Positions 55,993 to 64,000 of a stretch of DNA of 64,000 nt are shown here, piece by piece. Under the pieces are notes generated by a model. It was not told where the DNA came from. It was given only the letters and a program-made list of their open reading frames with translations, and ran no database searches. This DNA comes from Spirochaetales bacterium (lineage in GTDB: Bacteria; Spirochaetota; Spirochaetia; JABEVK01): positions 256,001-320,000 of the forward strand of contig JBAXAI010000001.1 of NCBI GenBank assembly GCA_037142615.1, given 5' to 3'. Each line of letters begins with the position of its first letter. Within the stretch, counting starts at the first letter, position 1. Both the position numbers and the translations under genes were made by a program.

Positions 55993-56658
55993 ATGCCAAC
56001 TGTCTTGCCGCGCCCCTATGTAACCGTCAGCTACGGGCAGTCCCTCGACGGTCGGATCGCCACCCGTACCGGAGACAGCCAATGGATCGGGGGAGCCCTG
56101 AGCCTTCAGTTGGCGCACGAACTACGACGCGACAATGAGGTCATTTTGGTCGGCATTGGCACGGTTCTGCGCGACAATCCGCGGCTGACCTGCCGGCTTC
56201 CCGGCGGGCGAAACCCCACCCGTGTCGTGCTTGACTCGGACTTGCGGATTCCGGTGAACAGCGCATTGGTCACAGGGATAGCCGAGGCACCGACCTGGGT
56301 CATCTGCCGAGCAGGCGCCGATGCGGATCGCCGCCGGACTCTCGAATCGCTGGGAGTGGACGTCCACGAGATGGCGGACCTGCCTGCGCTGCTGGCGTGG
56401 CTGACTTCGCGGGGGATTTCAACCGTGTTCGTGGAAGGCGGCGCCCAGGTGATAACAGCCTTTCTCGGAGCCCGTTTGGTGGACCGACTTCTTGTGGTCA
56501 CGGCCCCGTTTGTGATCGGAACAGGCATCGAAGCGATTGGAAACTTGAACTCAACCGTGCTGGCCGAGGTTGAGCGCCCCTTGCGTTGGCGGCGCTGGGA
56601 ACTCGGAGACGACCTGGCTACTGAGTTGATCTACCGGGAGTTTCCTGGAACCTCGTAG
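55993..56658 (+). CDS. Stand-alone RibD C-terminal (pyrimidine reductase-like) protein
   Basis: QSLDGRIA, H.LR, VGIGTVL.DNP.LT.R, P.RVVLD, VEGGA; no deaminase domain. Confidence 0.88.
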   Translation: MPTVLPRPYVTVSYGQSLDGRIATRTGDSQWIGGALSLQLAHELRRDNEVILVGIGTVLRDNPRLTCRLPGGRNPTRVVLDSDLRIPVNSALVTGIAEAPTWVICRAGADADRRRTLESLGVDVHEMADLPALLAWLTSRGISTVFVEGGAQVITAFLGARLVDRLLVVTAPFVIGTGIEAIGNLNSTVLAEVERPLRWRRWELGDDLATELIYREFPGTS

Positions 56659-57202
56659 CGAAGAACCCGAAAAGGCTTCCCAGCACGCCTCCGACAATGT
56701 GGGCGAACTGGCTGACGTTGTCGTTCTTGAACGCGTCCATCACTTCTTTGCCAAGGTAGAGCACGATGACACCAACGAAGGTCAACGGGATTTCGCCGGC
56801 ACGGATGTTCGCAAACGAAGCCAGAATGATGAACAGGAAGACGATACCCGACGCCCCCAAGAGCGAAGTAGGAAACAAGAAGGTGTTGATCAGGCCCGTC
56901 GTTACGGCGGTAATGGCTGCCATCACGAGAATGGTGGGAGTCTGGTACTTTTCCTCGAGAATCGGTCCGAGCAAGAGCAAGAAGGCCAGGTTGCCCAGAA
57001 AGTGATCCCAGCCGGAGTGGCCCACCGAGTAGCCGACCAACCGCCAGTACGACCATACGTCATCGGCTCGGAACGAGCCTTGGCCTCCAACGGTGAAGTA
57101 GTTGGCGACCAGGTGCGGAACCAAGAACTGGTCGAGCACCAGAACGGCGGCACAGGCCAGGGAAAAGGTCAGGGTGAACGGTGCGTTATATCGGATTCTC
57201 AT
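56618..57202 (-). CDS. Rhomboid family intramembrane serine protease
   Basis: H....H..GN, G..LE, GASG, SQFAHIVGG. Confidence 0.88.
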   Translation of the reverse strand: MRIRYNAPFTLTFSLACAAVLVLDQFLVPHLVANYFTVGGQGSFRADDVWSYWRLVGYSVGHSGWDHFLGNLAFLLLLGPILEEKYQTPTILVMAAITAVTTGLINTFLFPTSLLGASGIVFLFIILASFANIRAGEIPLTFVGVIVLYLGKEVMDAFKNDNVSQFAHIVGGVLGSLFGFFATRFQETPGRSTQ

Positions 57203-57235
57203 GGTTTCTCCTGCCTGCTGATCCTAAACAGGAAA

Positions 57236-57263
57236 TTGACAAGAATCCAGTAGCGGCTAGAAT
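57236..57263 (+). promoter_or_regulatory. sigma70 promoter upstream of plsC-parE-parC
   Basis: TTGACA-16 nt-TAGAAT, followed by GGAGG and ATG 57280. Confidence 0.65.
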
Positions 57264-57279
57264 GGGGTTGGGAGGGGCA

Positions 57280-58023
57280 ATGGTCTACTTTTCTTTGGTC
57301 TACTGGCTGGCGTTCTGGTTGTTCCTCTCCGTCTGCATGGCCGGGTTCATCCCCATCCACATTTTGAAACTTCTGGGTTTTCCCGAAGAGGCAAGCCGAT
57401 ACCTCGGGCGCTACGGCCGTTTTGTGACCCGCTGTATTTTGAAGGGAACAGGAGCCCGTTTGTATGTGGAAGGCTTGGAAAACGTGCCGGTCGGCAAGCC
57501 CTACTGCTACATATCCAACCATCAGGCGAATGCCGATGTCCTGTTGTTGATGGCCACGGTTCCCGAGGCAACCGGGTTTATCGCCAAGGTGGAACTCAGG
57601 AATCTTCCCCTTGTCAGGAATTGGATGCATCATATGGGTTGCTACTTCCTCAAGCGGGACAGTCTCAAGGACGGGCTCAAGGCCATCCTGTACGGTGCGG
57701 CCGAGGTCAAGAAAGGTCACCCGATGATCATATTTCCAGAAGGAACTCGAAGTCAGGGGCCCGTCATGCTTCCTTTCCGCAGGGGAGGGGTCAAACTCGC
57801 CACAAAGGCCAAGGCCCTGGCCGTCCCCGTTTCTGTGCACGGGACTTTCCGTGTCTTTGAGCAAAAGGGCTACTTCCGGCCAGCATGGATTGGGATACGC
57901 TTCCATCCTCCGCTGGACACTGCGCGACTGCGCGGGGCCGACGAGGACGCCTTTGCTGATCAAGTCCGTTCTACCATCGAGCAGGGGGTTTCCCATCTGC
58001 GATCTCTCGAGATTCCAAGGTAA
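57280..58023 (+). CDS. plsC: 1-acyl-sn-glycerol-3-phosphate acyltransferase
   Basis: NHQANAD (HxxxxD), FIAK.EL, IFPEGTRS. Confidence 0.9.
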   Translation: MVYFSLVYWLAFWLFLSVCMAGFIPIHILKLLGFPEEASRYLGRYGRFVTRCILKGTGARLYVEGLENVPVGKPYCYISNHQANADVLLLMATVPEATGFIAKVELRNLPLVRNWMHHMGCYFLKRDSLKDGLKAILYGAAEVKKGHPMIIFPEGTRSQGPVMLPFRRGGVKLATKAKALAVPVSVHGTFRVFEQKGYFRPAWIGIRFHPPLDTARLRGADEDAFADQVRSTIEQGVSHLRSLEIPR

Positions 58024-58025
58024 CC

Positions 58026-59825
58026 ATGGCAAAAGAAGCTTCCCCTCCCATTTATGACGAAAATACCATCAAAACCCTCAGTTCGCTGGAGCACATCCGT
58101 TTGCGCTCGGGCATGTACATCGGTCGGCTCGGCGATGGCAGCAATCTTGACGACGGTATTTACATCCTGCTTAAGGAAGTGGTTGACAACTCCATTGACG
58201 AGTACATCATGGGGCACGGAAAAAGGATCGATGTTTCCCTGGACGGCGAAAAGGCCACGATCCGCGACTATGGACGCGGGATTCCGCTGGGAAAAGTGGT
58301 GGCTGCCGTATCGATCATCAACACGGGAGCAAAGTACAACGACGACGTTTTTCAGTTCTCGGTGGGTCTCAACGGGGTTGGTACAAAGGCGGTCAACGCG
58401 CTTTCAAGCCACTTCCTGGTTCGTTCCCATCGAGAGGGAGAGTTCTTTCAGGCGACCTTCAGCCAAGGGAAGCTCCTGGCCGAAGAGTCGGGTAAAAGCG
58501 AGGAGCCTAACGGAACCTACGTCGAGTTCGTCCCCGACCGTGATATCTTCCATGAGTTCAAGTTCAACACAGAGTTTATTCAGCAGCGGATGTGGAACTA
58601 CGCCTGCCTCAACTCGGGGCTTAAGCTGTATTTCAACAAAGAGAAGTTCGAGGCCAAGAACGGTTTGCTTGACCTTTTGGGTGCCGAAATCGGTGACAAG
58701 ATGGCGTACCCGATCTGCTGGTATAAGGGCCAACAAATCGAGTTTGCCTTTACCCACACCGAGAGTTACGGCGAAACGTACTTCAGCTTTGTCAACGGGC
58801 AGTACACCAGCGACGGGGGCACCCACCTGTCGGCCTTCCGGGAGGCCCAACTCAAGGGTATCAACGACTTCTACAAAGAAGCCTACAACGGGCTGGACGT
58901 TCGCGAAGGAATTGCCGCCGCCGTGTCAATCAAAGTGAAGAATCCTATCTTTGAGAGCCAAACCAAGAACAAGCTTGGCAACACGGATATTCGGGCCTGG
59001 ATACTCCAGGAAGTCCGGGAAGCCGTAGTGGACTTCTTGCATAAGGCTCCGGAAACGGCCCGCATCCTGAAGGATCGGATCATCTCGAACGAGAAACTCC
59101 GCAAGGAACTCAATTCGGTCAAGAAAGAAGCCAAGGAAGCCGCCAAGAAGATCGCGCTCAACATCCCCAAGCTCAAGGACTGCAAGTACCACGTCGAGGA
59201 CGGCGAAAAAGGCGCCAATTCGGTGATCTTCATCACCGAGGGACAATCCGCAGCCGGTTCGATGGTCACGTGCCGCGATGTCTATACTCAGGCCATTTAT
59301 GCTCTGCGCGGCAAACCCGAGAACCTTCATGGCAAGAAGCGGACCGAGATCTACAAGAACGAGGAACTCTTCAACCTCATGATGGCCTTGGGAATTGAAA
59401 ACGATGTCGAAACCCTGCGCTATGGAAAGATCATCATCGCCACCGATGCCGATACCGACGGCTTCCACATCCGCAACCTGCTGATGAGTTTCTTCCTGAA
59501 CTTTTTCGAGGAAATTGTTGTGGCCGGAAAAGTGTTCATCCTCGAAACGCCCCTGTTCCGGGTGCGCAACAAGAAGGTGACCCGCTACGCCTACAACGCA
59601 AAAGAGCGCGACGCCGCGCTTTCCGAGATTTCCAGTGCGGAAGTGACCCGCTTCAAGGGCCTTGGCGAAATCAGTCCCAGCGAGTTCGGTCAGTTCATCG
59701 GCAGCGACATCCGCCTCATCGACGTCAACATCCAAACGATCAAGACCATCGGCGAGACGCTCGACTTTTACATGGGCAAGAACACGCCCACCCGACGGCA
59801 ATTCATTATGGAGAACATGCGGTAA
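58026..59825 (+). CDS. parE: DNA topoisomerase IV subunit B
   Basis: EHIRLR.GMYIG, EVVDNSIDE, GLNGVG, TEG.SA, LRGK, ATDADTDG, RFKGLGE; 599 aa. Confidence 0.88.
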   Translation: MAKEASPPIYDENTIKTLSSLEHIRLRSGMYIGRLGDGSNLDDGIYILLKEVVDNSIDEYIMGHGKRIDVSLDGEKATIRDYGRGIPLGKVVAAVSIINTGAKYNDDVFQFSVGLNGVGTKAVNALSSHFLVRSHREGEFFQATFSQGKLLAEESGKSEEPNGTYVEFVPDRDIFHEFKFNTEFIQQRMWNYACLNSGLKLYFNKEKFEAKNGLLDLLGAEIGDKMAYPICWYKGQQIEFAFTHTESYGETYFSFVNGQYTSDGGTHLSAFREAQLKGINDFYKEAYNGLDVREGIAAAVSIKVKNPIFESQTKNKLGNTDIRAWILQEVREAVVDFLHKAPETARILKDRIISNEKLRKELNSVKKEAKEAAKKIALNIPKLKDCKYHVEDGEKGANSVIFITEGQSAAGSMVTCRDVYTQAIYALRGKPENLHGKKRTEIYKNEELFNLMMALGIENDVETLRYGKIIIATDADTDGFHIRNLLMSFFLNFFEEIVVAGKVFILETPLFRVRNKKVTRYAYNAKERDAALSEISSAEVTRFKGLGEISPSEFGQFIGSDIRLIDVNIQTIKTIGETLDFYMGKNTPTRRQFIMENMR

Positions 59826-61777
59826 TGGCGTACGTCCAAAAACTCTTCAACGACAACTTTCTGGAATACGCGAGCTACGTCATCAAGGAACGGGCTATTC
59901 CGCATCTGGACGACGGGTTGAAGCCGGTACAGCGGCGAATCGTGCACTCCCTGCTCGAGATGGACGACGGCAAGTTCCACAAGGTAGCCAACGTGGTGGG
60001 TCACACCATGAAGTACCATCCCCACGGCGACGCGTCGATCTACGAGGCTCTGGTGAACTTGGGTCAGAAGGACATGTTCATCGACCGGCAAGGGAACTTC
60101 GGCAACATCTTCACCGGCGACTCGGCCGCCGCAGGCCGCTACATTGAGTGTCGCTTGCTGCCGCTGGCCAAGGAAATTTTGTACAACCCCGAGATCACCG
60201 AGTTTGTCGATTCTTACGACGGTCGAAACCAGGAACCGGTGGTCTTCCCGGCTAAACTTCCGGTCGTGTTGCTTCAAGGCGTTGACGGAATCGCGGTCGG
60301 GATGTCGACGACGATTCTGCCCCATAACTTCCGCGAGGTTGTTCAGGCGCTGCAAGCGTGTCTCCGGGGTGAGAACTTTCAACTGCTGCCGGATTTTCCC
60401 ACTGGAGGCATGATGGACGCCACAGCCTACCAGGATGGCATGGGCAGCGTTCTTGTCCGGGCCAAGCTGGACACCTCCGACGAAAAACGCATCGTGGTCC
60501 GTGAGCTGCCCTTTGGCGCCACCACAGCAAGCTTGATTGATTCCATCGAGACAGCGGCCAAGAAAGGCAAACTCAAGATTGCGGGCTTGTCGGACTTCAC
60601 CACCGACAAGGTCGAGATCGAAATCAAGCTTCCCCGAGGGGTCTATACCTCCGAAGTCGTCGAGGCGTTGTACGCTTTCACTGACTGCCAGATCAACCAT
60701 CACGTCAATCTTCTGGTGATTCATGATGACCTTCCTGTTCTGATGACCGTCACCGAGGTCGTTGAGTATCACGCCAAGCATCTGGTTGAAGTGCTCAAGA
60801 AGGAGCTCGAGCTCGAACAGCGCAAACTGCTCGACAAGCTCCATCTGCGTACGCTCGAACGGATCTTCATCGAAGAGCGTATCTACAAGCGCATGGAAGA
60901 GATGAAGACGCAGGAGGCAGTTTACGAAGCGGTTCTGACCGGCTTCGAGCCCTTCGCCAAAGAGCTCATCCGCCCGGTGACCGATGACGACATCAAACAC
61001 CTACTCGAAATCCCCATCCGCCGTATTTCGCTGTACGACATCAGCAAAAATCGGCAGGAGGTCGAGGCCATCAACAAGCGGCTGAAAGAAATCAAGTACC
61101 ACTTGGCTCACCTGACCGAGTACGCCCTTGGTTTCCTCGACGAACTGCTGAAAAAGCCGGCTTCGCAAACACCCCGACTGACCAAGGCGAGCACGTTCCG
61201 AAAACTCGGTGCACGCGAAGTTGCCGCACGCGACAAGAAACTTCGATACGACAAGGCCTCCGGTTATCTGGGCTATTCACTGTCCACAGGTGATGTCAAG
61301 CTCGAAGTTTCTGACCTCGACAAGGTGCTTCTCATTCACAAAGACCTGACCTACTCGGTGATCCGTGTTCCCGAAAAGAAGTTTGCAGGCAAGGGCTTGC
61401 TGGGGATCTGGGACGCCGACAAGGATGAACTCGACAAGGTGACGTTTTCGGTGTTGTACAAAGACAACTCGACAGGAAACCTCTACCTCAAGCGCTTCAA
61501 GATCGAGGGCTACATTCTCGACAAAGTGTACGAGTTCATGCCGGAGGACTCGCAGTTTCTGAAGATGACCACCAAGGTCAACGTAAGCATCCACGTTGAC
61601 TACAAGCAGAAGCCGCTGTTGAGGGTCCTGGAAGAAGCCTTTCCCGTGAACAAGTATCTGGTAAAGGGTGTCAAGGCGTTGGGGGTGCGGATCACGAACA
61701 AGGACTTCAACAGCGCCAAGTTCGTCCGGACCGGTTCGGCAGGTTCCGAAGACGAGCCCGAAGGAGAAGAAGAATGA
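59825..61777 (+). CDS. parC: DNA topoisomerase IV subunit A
   Basis: DGLKPVQRR, YHPHGD, AA.RY (catalytic Tyr), GIAVG, PDFPTGG; short CTD without GyrA box. Confidence 0.88.
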   Translation: MAYVQKLFNDNFLEYASYVIKERAIPHLDDGLKPVQRRIVHSLLEMDDGKFHKVANVVGHTMKYHPHGDASIYEALVNLGQKDMFIDRQGNFGNIFTGDSAAAGRYIECRLLPLAKEILYNPEITEFVDSYDGRNQEPVVFPAKLPVVLLQGVDGIAVGMSTTILPHNFREVVQALQACLRGENFQLLPDFPTGGMMDATAYQDGMGSVLVRAKLDTSDEKRIVVRELPFGATTASLIDSIETAAKKGKLKIAGLSDFTTDKVEIEIKLPRGVYTSEVVEALYAFTDCQINHHVNLLVIHDDLPVLMTVTEVVEYHAKHLVEVLKKELELEQRKLLDKLHLRTLERIFIEERIYKRMEEMKTQEAVYEAVLTGFEPFAKELIRPVTDDDIKHLLEIPIRRISLYDISKNRQEVEAINKRLKEIKYHLAHLTEYALGFLDELLKKPASQTPRLTKASTFRKLGAREVAARDKKLRYDKASGYLGYSLSTGDVKLEVSDLDKVLLIHKDLTYSVIRVPEKKFAGKGLLGIWDADKDELDKVTFSVLYKDNSTGNLYLKRFKIEGYILDKVYEFMPEDSQFLKMTTKVNVSIHVDYKQKPLLRVLEEAFPVNKYLVKGVKALGVRITNKDFNSAKFVRTGSAGSEDEPEGEEE

Positions 61778-62037
61778 TCTTCCGGCAACCCGAATGGCCC
61801 TGTCCGCTCGACGATTCGTCCGAGGCGGCGCTGTTCTCTGGTCTCCTTCAAGAAGAGGGCATCCCACATAAAGTGGTGCGACACGGCGACTCGCTCTGGG
61901 GTTTCTCGGAGGAACTCAGTATCGGGTGGGGGCATGTCGAAACCACGCAAGAGTTTCAGGAGAGGCTGGAAGCCCTCTATGCGGAGTTCCGCGCCGCCGA
62001 TTCCCCCCCTGCCGAAGACGTCGATCAGGAACTCTAG
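61774..62037 (+). CDS. Small hypothetical protein (DUF2007-like)
   Basis: EA.L...LL.EEGIP pattern; ATGA overlap with parC. Confidence 0.55.
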   Translation: MIFRQPEWPCPLDDSSEAALFSGLLQEEGIPHKVVRHGDSLWGFSEELSIGWGHVETTQEFQERLEALYAEFRAADSPPAEDVDQEL

Positions 62038-62786
62038 CTTTCGGCTCTGGCTTGATCGAGGAGTTGCTCGTTGGCAACGACACGCCAGGGAGCCAGGTTC
62101 GACTCGCGGGCACGGTTTTCGCGCTGTTCCCAAAGTTCCCGGAACTTCAATTGTTGCTTGGGTAGCAGTGCTCCGGCACCCTTGACCTTTCGCCAGGGTT
62201 GATCAGTGTCGTCGTACACAAAGGCCTCGACAGCGCGCATGCGCTGGTCAAATGGCGATCTCTGTTTCTTTTCGTCGAGCGCACTCTCGAGCGCAGCACC
62301 GAGCGGCAAGAGGTAACGAACATCCTTTTCTGCGTAGGCAAGTTGTTGAGCGCGAAGGGGCCTGATATTCCAGTCGGAGGTCTGCCATTTTTCTTCCTTG
62401 ACGAGTTCGACCCCGAGCAGGCGACTGGCCAACAAAGGGAGCGAGGGTTTTGGGAATCCGGTCAGCCTCGCCGCATCGAAGAGGTCGAACAAGCCGCGCA
62501 ACGGGATGCCATAGCAGAACTTAAGGGCACGGACATCATTCTGGGCGGCCCAGATCACCTTGCGGATGCTCGGATCTTCCAAAACGCTTTGCCATTCAGC
62601 GAACTCGCTTTCGCTTTCAAAGGAATGCTCCAACGGGTCGAGCAGGACGGCAGTTCCATCTTCCAAGGACACCTGGAACAGACAGATCCGCCTGCCGTAG
62701 CGGTGCAGGTTGAAGTCACCCTCCAGGTCAAAGCCAAGTTTCCGGCTTGAGAGAATACGCTCGCGAACAACAGCCCACCTGTGCAT
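62034..62786 (-). CDS. RNase D-like 3'-5' exonuclease with HRDC domain
   Basis: FDLE, ICLFQ, AQND, FD, SDW..RPL...QL.YA..DV, then HRDC-like W..RE..AR..N. Confidence 0.85.
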   Translation of the reverse strand: MHRWAVVRERILSSRKLGFDLEGDFNLHRYGRRICLFQVSLEDGTAVLLDPLEHSFESESEFAEWQSVLEDPSIRKVIWAAQNDVRALKFCYGIPLRGLFDLFDAARLTGFPKPSLPLLASRLLGVELVKEEKWQTSDWNIRPLRAQQLAYAEKDVRYLLPLGAALESALDEKKQRSPFDQRMRAVEAFVYDDTDQPWRKVKGAGALLPKQQLKFRELWEQRENRARESNLAPWRVVANEQLLDQARAES

Positions 62787-63229
62787 CAACGGCCGAGCTG
62801 CTTCTTGATCTTCTGAAAGGCCTCGCCGATCTTCTGCGACTGCGCCGTAGCCTTGCGCATGTTGCCTTCGTGACCAGCGTGGCGGTCTGGATGATGCTTT
62901 TTGAGAAGGGTGCGATGGGCTGCCGTGATTTCTTCCCAGGTGGCGTCCGTCTTTACGCCCAGCACGGCGTAGGCGGCGATCAGTTCCGGGTCCAGTCCGG
63001 GTGTTGCCGGATGGGGACGGGCGTTCTGGTTCTGCTCGCGGAAGCCGTGAGTACTCTGTTGAGGGCGTGCGGGCCTTGGGCCGGAACCCTGCTTTCCCAA
63101 ACCCTCGGATTCGAGTTCTTCCCAAGCAGCCTGCAAGTCGTCGTCTTCGGGTGTCACGGGTCTTGCCGGGGCCGAATCCACACCAAAGGAACGGATCAGC
63201 CGTCCCAGACGGTCAAAAATCGGATCCAT
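62786..63229 (-). CDS. J-domain (DnaJ-like) protein
   Basis: C-terminal AY.VLGV, HPD motif, I.EAF..I. Confidence 0.88.
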   Translation of the reverse strand: MDPIFDRLGRLIRSFGVDSAPARPVTPEDDDLQAAWEELESEGLGKQGSGPRPARPQQSTHGFREQNQNARPHPATPGLDPELIAAYAVLGVKTDATWEEITAAHRTLLKKHHPDRHAGHEGNMRKATAQSQKIGEAFQKIKKQLGR

Positions 63230-64000
63230 TTAGGCCTCCTTGGCCGGGAAAAAAACATCGTGAATCGCAGCCACACAGTGGTCCAGGTCACCGGCGCCCA
63301 CCACAAAGGAGAGGTTGATTTCTGAGGCGCCCAGCGAGATCAGATGGACCTGGACTTCGGGAATGGCCTGAAACACGCGGGCAATCCCACGGTTGTCCTT
63401 CCAGACGTCCTGCCCGACGAGGCAGATAATGGCGCAGTCTTCCTCAACTTTCACGGTTCCCAGCTCTCCAAGCGAGGCGACGAGTTCGCGGATATCACGC
63501 TTGCCTTCGATCGTGGTCGAAACCGACACCTCTGAAGTGGCTACGAGATCTACTGAAACCTTGTGGCGGTCAAAGATTTCGAAGATTCGTTTCAGAAAAC
63601 CGTAGGCGTTCAGCATTCGGCTCGAAGTGACCGTGACCACCGTGACGCCCTTTCTTCCGGCGATTGCGCGCAGACCGCTGCCTGGGGCCTCCTGAACGAT
63701 GCGTGTCCCGGGGTGAGAAGAGTTTCGGGTGTTTTTGACTAGGACGGGAATCTGACGCTCGACAGCGGGCTGAATCGTGGCGGGGTGCACGACTTTCGCT
63801 CCGAAAAAGGCCAACTCCGCCGCTTCGGCGTAGGTTATCGCGGGAATAGACTGGGCGTGGGGGACTTTACGGGGATCGGTGGTCATGATGCCGTCGACAT
63901 CGGTCCAGATCTGAACTTCCTCGGCACCGAGCGCTGCACCGAACAACGCCGCCGAATAGTCCGAGCCGCCCCGTCCCAACACGGTTGTGACTCCTGCCAG
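63230..64000 (-). CDS. lysC: Aspartate kinase (5'-truncated by window edge)
   Basis: TVLGRGGSDYSA, IWTDVDG..T.DPR, EAAELA.FGAKV.HP, ACT domains (TSEVSVS). Confidence 0.95.
   Translation of the reverse strand: MAGVTTVLGRGGSDYSAALFGAALGAEEVQIWTDVDGIMTTDPRKVPHAQSIPAITYAEAAELAFFGAKVVHPATIQPAVERQIPVLVKNTRNSSHPGTRIVQEAPGSGLRAIAGRKGVTVVTVTSSRMLNAYGFLKRIFEIFDRHKVSVDLVATSEVSVSTTIEGKRDIRELVASLGELGTVKVEEDCAIICLVGQDVWKDNRGIARVFQAIPEVQVHLISLGASEINLSFVVGAGDLDHCVAAIHDVFFPAKEA

Noticed and set aside
58026-61777. Calling the type II topoisomerase pair gyrB/gyrA
   Set aside because: The short A subunit lacks a GyrA box and the divergent B subunit fits topoisomerase IV better; not confirmed by phylogeny.
1-64000. 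Mobile elements, prophage, CRISPR arrays, tRNA/rRNA, riboswitches
   Set aside because: No transposase, integrase, phage or cas ORFs and no spaced repeats. Intergenic regions are almost all under 170 bp, with no recognisable structured RNA by eye; an Infernal/tRNAscan run would be needed to exclude small RNAs.

Overview
A gene-dense, moderately GC-rich bacterial chromosome segment with about 64 CDSs and very short intergenic regions. The gene types (long thymidine kinase, ankyrin lipoprotein, BMP-family ABC system, PEGA protein, short ParC, CheX-like protein) suggest a free-living spirochaete; this is inference. It contains housekeeping genes (uvrB, pdxST, glgC, rlmN, miaB, lipA, hslO, parEC, lysC), a chemosensory operon, two further MCPs, a nucleoside salvage and uptake cluster, a lipoate module and several redox genes. 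I saw no rRNA, tRNA, CRISPR array, prophage or IS element. Main observations: (1) each of the three radical-SAM genes (rlmN, miaB, lipA) is immediately preceded by, and coupled to, its own divergent ferredoxin/flavodoxin-NADP+ reductase paralog, suggesting dedicated electron donors; (2) an RNase HI is fused to a degenerate nucleotidyltransferase/DUF4037-like domain; (3) eight genes have a -10 box 6-7 nt upstream of the start codon and no usable Shine-Dalgarno, suggesting widespread leaderless mRNAs; (4) the che operon has a double-Hpt CheA, no CheW and a receptor with a CheZ-like motif; (5) there is a NYN nuclease-glutaredoxin-FTR operon. All calls come from manual motif recognition; no database searches were run.
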